Source: a virus
Taxonomy: Duplodnaviria; Caudoviricetes
Virus record (IMG/VR): IMGVR_UViG_3300028833_000141
Span: 1 to 64,000 of that record
Length of the DNA: 64,000 bases
Reading direction: 5' to 3' (one strand)
The position numbers and the translations under genes are program-made. Of the stretch, positions 41,101 through 50,875 are shown in pieces; positions within the stretch are counted from its first letter, which is position 1; each line of letters opens with the position of its first letter. The notes under the pieces were generated by a model. That model saw nothing but the letters and a program-made list of their open reading frames with translations. It was not told the origin of the DNA and made no database searches.

Positions 41101-44100
41101 CATAAATGCTTTCTCTGAGTTCATCAACAGCATCTTTAGCATCTTGCGCTTTGTCATAAAATTCCTGGTAATCCTTTATGACTTCCTGCATCTTTTTGCC
41201 GTAAGACGAAATATTCAGTTTACCATTTGCAACACCTTTACGGATATTCTTTGCAGCTTTTTTGCTGATTAGTTTTCTCTTAACAGCTTGATTCAACACA
41301 GAATTGGCTTTACTTTGATAACGATTAGACGCTATGCTTTCATTTCCGATTTGCGTAAGAGAAGCGGTAATAGCAGACGAATATTGACTTGCAGCTTTGT
41401 CGTAATTGCCACGCTCAATATTTAAGTCCGCACGCTTTGTGAATCTTTCTATCTTTTTGGTCTGGCGTTCGAGGCGTATTTCGATCCAATCAAATAATTT
41501 CTCAAACCAATTTTGGAATTTCTCTAAAGCCTTTCCACCGCCTTTTGCGTAAGCAGTTCCTTCTGCGAGGGCAGAACCATTAGCCATAGTTCTTCCACGA
41601 CCAAGAGCATATCCATTATTTAATAATGAACGAGATTGGAGGTGATTAAATACAATCGCATCTTTTGGCAAATCAACGAATTCTGCGCCTTTTTCGCCAA
41701 CAGTATGCCAAGTTGCATTGTGAGGGTCTACTACGATTTCCTCCATTTATATTTTCGCTGATTCGCTACATCAGCGAGATTGTAAAACAATCCTCATACT
41801 TTCGCATGAGATTAGACTATATCTTTATGTGATATATAATTCACATATTTACCATTTCGGATTACCAATCGCTTGCAATCCTACTCCCTAAAAGGGATAG
41901 TCGTTGAACCTTTTCCTATTCGGAACTTGGCTGCTGATTATCCAATTCATACAGTTTTCAAACTTTCACGATTAGTCATTTTTCATACTTGCGTTGTAGT
42001 CTGTATGACTCTAAGGATGTTCCAGCAATTAGATAAATTTGCTCTATACATTACTGTATAGAGGGGCATACGAAATACCCAATTCGCCCACTAAAGTACG
42101 ACCACCTGCGCCAACGCCCCAATAGCCTCCGGCATATGATGTGCCGTAAGCGTGGGCAGAACCATTTGCTCGATTTCCACCGCCTGATGGTGGGGAATTA
42201 GTTGATACATTCGTCCAATATATGTATCTATATTGATTTGAAACAGATAGAGTGTTGGTATAATTATCTTTCCAGTTTACTATTCCGTTAGCAGTTTGGT
42301 CTGGCATTTTATCATAATTATCTTTCCAGTTTACTGTTCCGTTAGCATTTTGATCTGGAAGTGGATCAACATTCATATCTAATGCAACTGCAAAATCGTT
42401 GTTCTGCAACGCTGATTTAATACTATCAACAGAAGAGGTATCTACTTCTGCATCAATTTCCAATTCCGCAGATTGATCTTGGATTTTCCCTTGAAGTTCT
42501 GCTAATTTAGCATCTGATTCAGATGTATCTGCTCCAACTGAAACTTCTATATCTCTTTGGTTTGAAACTTGATTAAATTCATTTAATAAACTAACAAGTT
42601 CTTTTTGCCCCTTAGATAAGCCTTTTGTGTCTACTTTCAGTATCGCAGGTTTATCAAGTTCTTGTAATTCCGATTCACAATAAGCAATTATTTTATTTGC
42701 GTTTTCAATATCAGAAGTATCAACATCAGGACGAAGCTTCAAATCGTTCATTTGATTGATATTTCTTTCAAGAACTTTTCTATAATCATCGCCTTCGGCT
42801 GTAATAGTTAGGGCAGAACCTATACCAACTTCATCTTTAAATTTACTTAGTTTTTCTAAAGATTTAACAGCATCCTCTGCACCATCTTTCAAATCGCCAT
42901 GAGCGATAGTGTCACCAACATCACTTAATGAGTATTCAAAATCTGAAAGAGATAATCCTGCTTCGGCAAGCTGAGTCTGTAAATCAGACAGTTTTTCTTC
43001 GCCAATGCTTTCGGTAAATTTCTCCATAGAGAAAGATGCTTGATCTGCTTTCGGAACATATTCACTTATGATGTCCGATAAGGCTTGTTGCTTTTGAGCC
43101 GCAACTTCGGTAGCTGTTCCAGAATATAAAACTGCCTCATTGTATTTACGAACAGTATCAACACATCCCTCGTAAACATTTCCGTTAGCATCAAAGAGGG
43201 AGGCGTAATTCTCTTGCATTGTCGCAGCATCTTCCGACATTTTCTGCGTAAGTTCTTGTGATTCTTGTTGGATGCGTTCTAATTCTGCTTTATCATCTTG
43301 ATAAGCCTGTTGTCTTGCATTCCTTGCAAATGGAGAAACATCTGCCATATCTTCCGGAGTATAGCGTTGCATCTTTGTGCTGAGTGCTTCTTCTTGCCTA
43401 TTAAGAGAATTAAGCTGATTTTGTCTTGCACTATACCGATCTATTAAAGATAATGAACCAAATGAATCAGGTTTACTAAGAACCTCATTAGCCGCTGTTG
43501 CTGCACTACGACCTTGAATCTCGGCAAGCCTCTCTTGCAGTTTGATTTGGTTTTCAAGAAGTCTATTTTGCCGTTCAAGATTATTTAATTCTTGTTGTTC
43601 ATTTATAGATAACTTATCTTTATTCTGTAATTCTTTTCTGCGAATATTATTTTCCGAAAGCTCTTTATTTAAAGATTCTAAACTCGATTGAGTTTCATTA
43701 TATGATTTTCTTGAATCTTCGGCTTTCTTTTGCATTTCACCAAAAGAGGTAGTGCAAAGATCAATAAGTGCAATTGTTCCGGCAATTCCGGCAGAAACGC
43801 CAATAAATGATCCTAAAGCTGTAGTAGATAATCCTAAATATTTTGCTAAAGAAGCAAAGGATTTTTCAACACCGCCTAATTTAGCAATCTTTAATATGCC
43901 AGCGATTCCTGCTCCTGTTCCTACAGTTCCAAATAAACCAATCTCTCCTGTGATAGAATCAATAATTCCAAGAATTTGTGTAAGTCCATCAACGACTACA
44001 CCCATATCTTCCCTTGTGAAAAGATTCTGAGCAATGCCTACTCCGGTTTCTCTAAGTGCATTAAGTTTAAATGTGAGGGATTCCGATACGGTTTCCATCT

Positions 44101-47100
44101 CTGCCATAGCTGAACCGGCACTTTCAGACATGGATTTAAGTGATGATTCTACGGCATCAAAATTGTCAAGAATCGCGGAAACGATTTGACCTTGCCGCTT
44201 TCCTGCTAATTTTTCTAATAGTCGAGCTTGTTGTTTGTCAGTAAGATCATCGTATATTTTAGAAATATCTCTAAGTAAATCTACGGTAGATTTATACTCA
44301 GTTTTATTTTTATCAGTAAATAAGGATATGCCTTCCGGATGATCAGCAGTTTTTGTAAGATCGGCTATATCTCCGGAGAGTTGTTCTACACCGCCAATGT
44401 ATTGTTCGGTCTCTTCATCATATCCTCTGATACGCATTGATAATGTTTTCAAAGCTGTCAATCTGTTACTTTCCCATATTCTAATGGTACTGACCATCAT
44501 TTGATGGCGGTTAGTCATTTCTGGCTAACTCCGCAATTTCATGATTAGGTTATAGTTGCGGTTCGGACTGTATCTTCTATGAATGGCTGAACCAACTACA
44601 TTACTGTATTTGGTATTACAGTCTCTACGGATTCTGTATTATTGTATTCATTTTTTATATAGAAGGATTACAATAATACAGTCTTTCCTCGGTCTATGCC
44701 GCCTCCGGCTTTTGACCGATATAGCCATTTTTATTGTCGGCAAGCTGTTTACCGACACTTGCAGCATCCCTTGTGACTTCTGTAGCTGCTGTTCCCAGAG
44801 CTATTGTTTCATCAAGAGTGTTGTTTGCGGCAGCCATAGCTGACGATGATCTGGTTAAAAACTCTACAATGTCTTGATTTGATACTGCTTGTGTGTTCAA
44901 AAAAATCTGTTACTTTCACCTTTAATTGAGGCTACTGACCATATTCTTATATGGCGGTAAGGACGTTAATCCTTACTCTCACGTTTCTTTTTTAATGAGT
45001 TATAGCGTGAGTTCAGACTATATATTCATCCCAAAGAGGGAGGATAACTTCACAATACTTGTTACCAAGTACCGCCTGTAGTCGTTACGGATTCTAAAAA
45101 TTTATCTAATTCTTCCTCTATTTGTTCTGTGTTTTGAGTATAATTTAATCTTAATAATGGAATTTTATTATCATTACAATAATTGTTTTTAATATTATCT
45201 CTTATTACCATTAATTTATAACTCTCTTCTCCACCAAACCATTTAATAGGTTCAAAGTGTTGTTTTCCATCATATTCAATTAAACCAATCACTTGTTCAT
45301 TTTCATCAATTATTGCAAAATCAAATTTCAATTTATATGTGTATCTACAATCAGCAAATGTATATTGTGGAATATGCCTAATATTATGACTATTCATGTA
45401 ATGTTTTATTATTTTCTCTCCTTTTGATGTGATCTTGCAACCACAAGAAGTAGTGGAATTATCATTTATATTAGCTGGCAATGCAACAAATTCTTCATGG
45501 CATATCGGACATTCAAACCACCATAACCATGTTCCATTTTCATTCTTTTTATATGGTGTAATTGCTTTAACCCCACAATCAGAAACAAAACCAGTCCAAT
45601 CTTTTGTACTTGTCTCAGTTATTCTTTCTTTATTATAACAACCGCAAGAAGTCGTATGTCCTGTTTGAACATCATTTTTATTATAAATACCAATTGTTCC
45701 GCAGTCACAACGACATTTAACCTTTGGTCTCTTTTCATTCCATAGCGTTTCTAAAACAAGTAGTCTCCCAAATCTTTGACCGTCAATTTCTTTGCCAAAT
45801 GTTCTTCTCATTACTTCCTTTTTCATACATCCACACGAAGTTAATTCTGTGCTTGCTTTTCTTAATGGATATGCTTGCCTTATCACTTCATTACCACAAT
45901 CACATTCACATAAACAAAAAGTCTTTTTATTTTTATAATTTGGCAACATTTCTTTGACAACTAAATGTCCATATCTATTGCCAACCATATTTATAACACT
46001 AATAAAAAATCACCTCCTTACAAGGGGTGATTAGATAAATTTTTAGTCTTTCCTCGGTCTATGCTGCTCCCAGCGTTTGACCGATATAGTTATCTGCTAA
46101 AATCCATTTCGGATTTCCATACGTTACCGTATGTTTCGGCAACACTTTACCGATTTTGTTAATTTTACTTGCGACTCCATCAAGCGCATCGCTGGCTTCG
46201 ATTTTATAAGCCTTCATTACGGAGATTAATCCGTCATTAGCTTGCTCGATCGTCATGCCAGGAGATATCGATTTGAATACACTCGATACTTCTGACATTG
46301 TTTTGGAATCTTCCAGATTATATCCAAGACGCGACCAATCCGCTGCACCTTGAATAATATCTTTAGTAGTAGTACCAAATTTCTTAGCACTATCATTTGC
46401 TGTAAAATAAAAATCGTTCAACTGCTTTCCTGTAGCTGAACTTGTTTTCTTTAAATCAACGAGAGCATCATCGAGTGCCACAACTTCATTGATTCCTGAT
46501 TTTATCGTTCTTATAGAACCATATATAATTGTCGAAGCACCAACATAATTTGATAGTTTACTGAATGCACTTTTCATTCTTGAACCGAAAGTTACAACAT
46601 TCTTTCCGGCAGCTTTCGATTCTTGACTGATAGTGTTAAATCTTTCGTTAATCCTTTTTAAGTCAGACGAATTGACCTTGCCGCTTTCGCTTAAAGTATT
46701 CAATTCATTTACTAATCTTCTAACTTCTGCACCATATTCTTTAGCAGCCTTAGTGCCGGAGTTTAAGAATTGATTCATCTTGTTTTGAGATGAAGCGATT
46801 TGTGATGCACTCGCAAACTGTTTCATTTCAGCAGAAACACTCGATATTTGATTCTTAGTAGTTGTTAAAAGTGCATCATACTCTCTATACTGATTTACAA
46901 GTTTACGAGAACCATCAATACCATTCGATTCAGTTGTACGCATAGCCGTTGCCATTTGTTGCAACTGATTGATATTAGATTGAATAGTAGTATTTAATGT
47001 ATTGCCAGAATTTGCAATCTTATCATAGTTCGCCTTAACTGATTGTAAATCAGAGTTTAATTTTCCAGTATTGACCGATTTTAATGCTTTGTTGTAATCA

Positions 47101-47348
47101 GAGAGATATTTGCTAACATTATTGCTACGCCAAGAAGAACCGCTTTTTGTAGCCTGTTGCATACCATTCTTTAAACTTTTACCAGCATTACGACCAATAC
47201 TATTGAATTGCTTTTGCAAAGCCGACATATCGACATTGCCGATTTTTACATTTTTTAATACTATCGGTTCTTTTCCGATTGATTGCAGTTGGGAGCTTAT
47301 GCCACTTAAATCTAATGTAGCTTTTACTTTTGCTTCAAACTGAGACAT
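38192..47348 (-). CDS. tape measure protein, spliced: join(47348..46149, 44897..44751, 44458..42077, 41743..38192), 2426 aa
   Basis: TP901-like tape-measure core; splicing restores KIG|NTQAVS, SVG|TALKTLSMRIRG and GELG|EEIVVDPH in frame. Confidence 0.9.
41744..42076 (-). ncRNA. group I intron C (333 nt, no ORF)
   Basis: P1 GGGT/GCCC; P TTGCTGGAA, Q AATCAGCAG; R GTTCAACGACTA; S AAGATATAGTCT; ends ATAAATG. Confidence 0.93.
44459..44750 (-). ncRNA. group I intron D (292 nt, no ORF)
   Basis: P1 TGTCGGT/GCCGACA; P3 AATGGCT/AGCCATT; P7 GAGACTG/CAGTCC; ends AACAGATTG. Confidence 0.92.
44898..46148 (-). mobile_element. group I intron E (1251 nt) with homing endonuclease ORF in the P6 region
   Basis: P1 TCGGT/GCCGA; P10 GTGTT/AACAC; P3 GATAACT/AGTTATC; P7 ACGACTA/TAGTCT; ends in G. 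Confidence 0.92.
45062..45988 (-). CDS. intron-encoded homing endonuclease (Cys-rich repeats + Vsr/EDxHD-like nuclease)
   Basis: Three repeats ending SCGC; C-terminal LKFDF...IEYDGKQH...RDNIKN; last codons overlap the P7 5' strand. Confidence 0.8.
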   Translation of the reverse strand: MVGNRYGHLVVKEMLPNYKNKKTFCLCECDCGNEVIRQAYPLRKASTELTSCGCMKKEVMRRTFGKEIDGQRFGRLLVLETLWNEKRPKVKCRCDCGTIGIYNKNDVQTGHTTSCGCYNKERITETSTKDWTGFVSDCGVKAITPYKKNENGTWLWWFECPICHEEFVALPANINDNSTTSCGCKITSKGEKIIKHYMNSHNIRHIPQYTFADCRYTYKLKFDFAIIDENEQVIGLIEYDGKQHFEPIKWFGGEESYKLMVIRDNIKNNYCNDNKIPLLRLNYTQNTEQIEEELDKFLESVTTTGGTW

Positions 47349-47362
47349 TGATTACCTCCTTT

Positions 47363-48409
47363 CTACAAATCAGTTAGACCGCGCTTTTCTACTTGTTTAA
47401 TGCCATCTTCACCAAAATATTTTTCAAGTTGAGAATCACTTGTTCTATCATCGTAAACTCTGAGCATTTCGCTGCTCGTCCATCCTTGAATGGTTTGAAC
47501 GACCGCCTCAGGTAAATTCTGTTCAAGCAACTGAGTAGTGAAGAAATGTCTTAAAGCATGTAGATAAATTGGTTTACCCATTATATTTGAAAAAGTTCTC
47601 ACCCAAGAGTTAAGCGTGGTAATACCAATATGTTCATCGAGCCATTCTCCATCTTGATATTTCGGAAATAACCAATCAGAAGATATTCCCAATTTCTCAC
47701 GATCTTTCAGCCATAAGTCTAAATACGGTTGAAATGGTTTAGCTAAAACATAAACATCTAATAATTTTCCTCGTGATCCGCGACCTTTTGTAACCATTTT
47801 CTCAGGCGTTTTATATAACGAACCGCCACAAATCAAATTCTCTTCTTGGAAATAAGAAACTTTGAATCTCGTTAATTCGGCTTTTCTTTTACCGCTATAC
47901 ATAGCAAGTGCGACAAGACAAGCCTTTTGATAATCTTTTCTCTCAATCAATTTATCTAAAAGAAGCTGCAAATCTTCCTCTTGAAAAACCGATTTTTCTC
48001 TAACCGCTTCATCCGCAGGAGATTCAATTTTACGGACTATCGGTTTATATCCATCAAATTCATCATCCAAAATGTTTTCTATAAAATTAGAAAGACTACT
48101 CAGTGTAGCTTTAACTGTTCTCGTTCTTCTCGGACTCCAACCCCATTCATTGATGCAATGATTTTGAAATTTTGCTATCTCTCTCTTGCTTAAATCTACA
48201 AAGAATTTGTTTTTGTTATACTCTAAATTCCAACACCAAAATACATGCAGATTTGCACGATATTGTTTTATCGTACTTTTTGCACGATCAACAGATTCTA
48301 AGTATTCTATAAAGTCATTCTCTAATTCTATATTTTCTGGATTTATGTCTTTTAACTTTTCTTCGGTTGTGATTTTATTGTAGACAGTTTTTCTACCATC
48401 TTTATTCAT
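47363..48409 (-). CDS. second tyrosine recombinase, inside the late operon
   Basis: YSGKRKAEL, HALRHFF, QGW...MLRVY; no arm-binding domain. Confidence 0.85.
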   Translation of the reverse strand: MNKDGRKTVYNKITTEEKLKDINPENIELENDFIEYLESVDRAKSTIKQYRANLHVFWCWNLEYNKNKFFVDLSKREIAKFQNHCINEWGWSPRRTRTVKATLSSLSNFIENILDDEFDGYKPIVRKIESPADEAVREKSVFQEEDLQLLLDKLIERKDYQKACLVALAMYSGKRKAELTRFKVSYFQEENLICGGSLYKTPEKMVTKGRGSRGKLLDVYVLAKPFQPYLDLWLKDREKLGISSDWLFPKYQDGEWLDEHIGITTLNSWVRTFSNIMGKPIYLHALRHFFTTQLLEQNLPEAVVQTIQGWTSSEMLRVYDDRTSDSQLEKYFGEDGIKQVEKRGLTDL

Positions 48410-48428
48410 TGAATCACTTCCTTTCTAA

Positions 48429-48842
48429 CTAATGAAAATATCTTGCGAATGTACTTTCGAAATCACTTTTGATTTCTCTTTCCGCTTTGTGCCACCAACC
48501 TTGATTACCGACAGCCGGACGCAATCCGCTAACAACACCGTAGTTTGTTAAATTCAGTACAGCAGTCATGCTTGGTTTTACACCTGTAGAATAACCACCA
48601 ACTCCTTCATTTAGGAATGCTCTAAATTCCACACTTAAACCACCGCGATAAACAGGATCAGTTTCTCTCGTGTCCATGAGATGTCCAGTTCTTTGATACA
48701 TAACAGGAGTACCACCGCTATAGAAGTAAAGCAAAGCATCATCAATTCTTTTGATTGATTTTTTCTCAACTTGCTTCATAGCTTTTTCCATTTGATCCAT
48801 AATTTGCTTTTGAAGCTGTTCAAGACTTGTTGCAACAGGCAT
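48429..48842 (-). CDS. putative tail completion protein (HK97 gp10-like)
   Basis: YQRTGHL motif; position in the operon. Confidence 0.5.
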   Translation of the reverse strand: MPVATSLEQLQKQIMDQMEKAMKQVEKKSIKRIDDALLYFYSGGTPVMYQRTGHLMDTRETDPVYRGGLSVEFRAFLNEGVGGYSTGVKPSMTAVLNLTNYGVVSGLRPAVGNQGWWHKAEREIKSDFESTFARYFH

Positions 48843-48844
48843 GA

Positions 48845-49408
48845 TTATTCTCCTTTAGCCATTATCGCTTTAAAGGCTTCTGATTCTGTAAAAGCATCCG
48901 TCACAGCTTTTGCATCATATTTTCCATCCGACACATTCTTTGCAAATTCAAGAAGCTTATCAACTGTCTCTTCATTCATAACATTATTAACAGAACTAAT
49001 CATGTTATCTAAATTACTGACTAATTCTCCAATTTGTCTTGTTGCCTGGCTAATAGCGTAAGTAGGGGAGTTTATTCTGCTATGAATTATTTCCATAGCG
49101 TTTTTGAAGGCATTGGCAAAATCATATTTAATATCACCGTCAAATGTAATGGCTTCATTAAACGCTTCTAAAAATTCTTCATTCGCAAATATCACATCTG
49201 CATCGAAAATATCCGTAATAACTTCCATATCCGAAATAAGATTTTTATTCATAATGCAGCCATTATAAAAAGCTAACATTGTACACATATCTCCGATATG
49301 CGGAGCATAATTCCCAGCCTCATCAAAATAACTATCAACTATTTCATTGACCAAAGAGTAGTATTCTGCAACTGTAAAATAATCTTTATACTCAATCTGT
49401 TTACCCAT
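48845..49408 (-). CDS. hypothetical protein
   Basis: 187-aa ORF coupled to its neighbours. Confidence 0.6.
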   Translation of the reverse strand: MGKQIEYKDYFTVAEYYSLVNEIVDSYFDEAGNYAPHIGDMCTMLAFYNGCIMNKNLISDMEVITDIFDADVIFANEEFLEAFNEAITFDGDIKYDFANAFKNAMEIIHSRINSPTYAISQATRQIGELVSNLDNMISSVNNVMNEETVDKLLEFAKNVSDGKYDAKAVTDAFTESEAFKAIMAKGE

Positions 49409-49928
49409 TCTTTTCCTCCGAAAATTGTGTTAAAAAATATTCAGTATCATATCTATATCTTGTTCTCTTTTTTGTTTGTGGAATAATGAAGTAGGGGATA
49501 TTGTTATCGTCTAAATCTTGTATAGTAAAACTTTTCTTTGTGATTAAAATTAGCATTTTATTAAAAGCTTCTATTGAAATAAAAATAGTAGTTTCAATTG
49601 ATCTAAACTCAATAATAAATCCACATATAATGCCATCATATTTATTCCACTCATTTAATCCATCTATCTGATGTTTATGAATCTTTCCTTTGCTGTCTTT
49701 TTCTCTCTCAAACGAAATAGATTTTTCCTTAACCGTTTTCATCTCTAAAGCGTACAGCTTCATTTCATGAGAATCCCAAAGAATAAAATCAAAAGGGTTC
49801 TTATTGCTGAATCGCAAATTCGCAGATTTGCTAAAGGATTGAGGGGGATCAGGTAATCTATACGCCAAAACATAATCCGGAATAGATTTCACAAAATCAT
49901 CTTCAAATTTTTTTCCTATATTTCGCAT
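49401..49928 (-). CDS. recU: RecU-like Holliday junction resolvase
   Basis: GKKFE, NPFDF, ALEMKT, HQI motifs. Confidence 0.75.
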   Translation of the reverse strand: MRNIGKKFEDDFVKSIPDYVLAYRLPDPPQSFSKSANLRFSNKNPFDFILWDSHEMKLYALEMKTVKEKSISFEREKDSKGKIHKHQIDGLNEWNKYDGIICGFIIEFRSIETTIFISIEAFNKMLILITKKSFTIQDLDDNNIPYFIIPQTKKRTRYRYDTEYFLTQFSEEKNG

Positions 49929-50170
49929 TTCTTTTCTGGGCGGTTATCCATCCATTTTTTATACACAAAATTGGTTTCTGTTTTTAGATACCAGCAAGTG
50001 ATCCTGCCTTTCTTTAATTCATGTTCACAGACATATACAGGCTGACAACCATGCTGTGTATAAAAGAAGATTTGAGATAAATTATCAATTGCAACTAAAT
50101 TTTCACGCCCATAACACTCAAATACTTCATCTAAATTTGTAAAATTTATATTTGTCATTTCTTTCTCCAT
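49916..50170 (-). CDS. hypothetical protein
   Basis: RBS; overlaps the recU start. Confidence 0.55.
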   Translation of the reverse strand: MEKEMTNINFTNLDEVFECYGRENLVAIDNLSQIFFYTQHGCQPVYVCEHELKKGRITCWYLKTETNFVYKKWMDNRPEKKCEI

Positions 50171-50260
50171 TCATTGCAACTTGAAAGCGCAAAAGAAAAG
50201 GGAGGCTGTACCGATTTTGGTTTATCCTCCCTAATCATAAAATCAAATACAACCTTTAAA

Positions 50261-50548
50261 TTATTCCTCTACAACAGAATTATCTTCCGTAAGAGAATCA
50301 TTCTCCTTTACGCTTTTAGTTGTTTTCTTAACCTTTATTGGTTCATCTTTCTTTATATAATGTCGCTCGGATTTTTCCTTCTCCGGTTTGACATAATTAT
50401 CATCAACTACTTTATATCTATCGTTTTCCTTTACGACATTTACAAAATCCGCTTCTTTTCCAATAGAAGGGACTTGTACCTCTATATCGTCATATTTGAA
50501 AACGGTAACTAAATCGTTGTTGATCAGAACTCTGCATTTCTTAGTCAT
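50261..50548 (-). CDS. hypothetical protein
   Basis: GGAGG RBS; charged C-terminus. Confidence 0.55.
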   Translation of the reverse strand: MTKKCRVLINNDLVTVFKYDDIEVQVPSIGKEADFVNVVKENDRYKVVDDNYVKPEKEKSERHYIKKDEPIKVKKTTKSVKENDSLTEDNSVVEE

Positions 50549-50565
50549 AGTTCCTCCGTATTCTT

Positions 50566-50862
50566 TTACTCATCTACACGATAGCCATTCTTAAACATAT
50601 CAATAAGTTGTTCTACTGCTGGAATGCCTTCTTCTCTAATTATTTCAAGAATTTCATCGGCTTTTATAGCTCCAATTGTAAAGCTATTATTTTTCCACCA
50701 AGTCCAAATTGGAACAACAACAACCGTAACGGCTGTTACTAAATCATAAATATAGCTTTCCTGTATCTCAATAGGTGCGATCCCCATTATTTTTAAAACC
50801 GCATTAATTATTACAAGACCAAGTATAATAGTTCTTGCTATTGTATCTGTTTTAACTTTCAT
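50566..50862 (-). CDS. holin, SPP1-like
   Basis: TIARTIIL...WWKNNSFT signature; two TM helices. Confidence 0.8.
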   Translation of the reverse strand: MKVKTDTIARTIILGLVIINAVLKIMGIAPIEIQESYIYDLVTAVTVVVVPIWTWWKNNSFTIGAIKADEILEIIREEGIPAVEQLIDMFKNGYRVDE

Positions 50863-50875
50863 GTATGTACCTCCA

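Noticed and set aside
41873-44843. + strand ORFs 41873..42061, 43752..44030 and 44583..44843
   Set aside because: Antisense shadows of intron cores or tape-measure exons
44694-44900. Independent 68-aa gene, and independent starts at 44518 and 41746
   Set aside because: These are tape-measure exons; the apparent starts at 44900 and 41746 are formed by the intron terminal G and the one at 44518 lies inside intron D
23603-47348. Stop-codon reassignment as the cause of fragmented virion genes
   Set aside because: All other genes are intact in code 11, and the breaks are fully explained by structured group I introns
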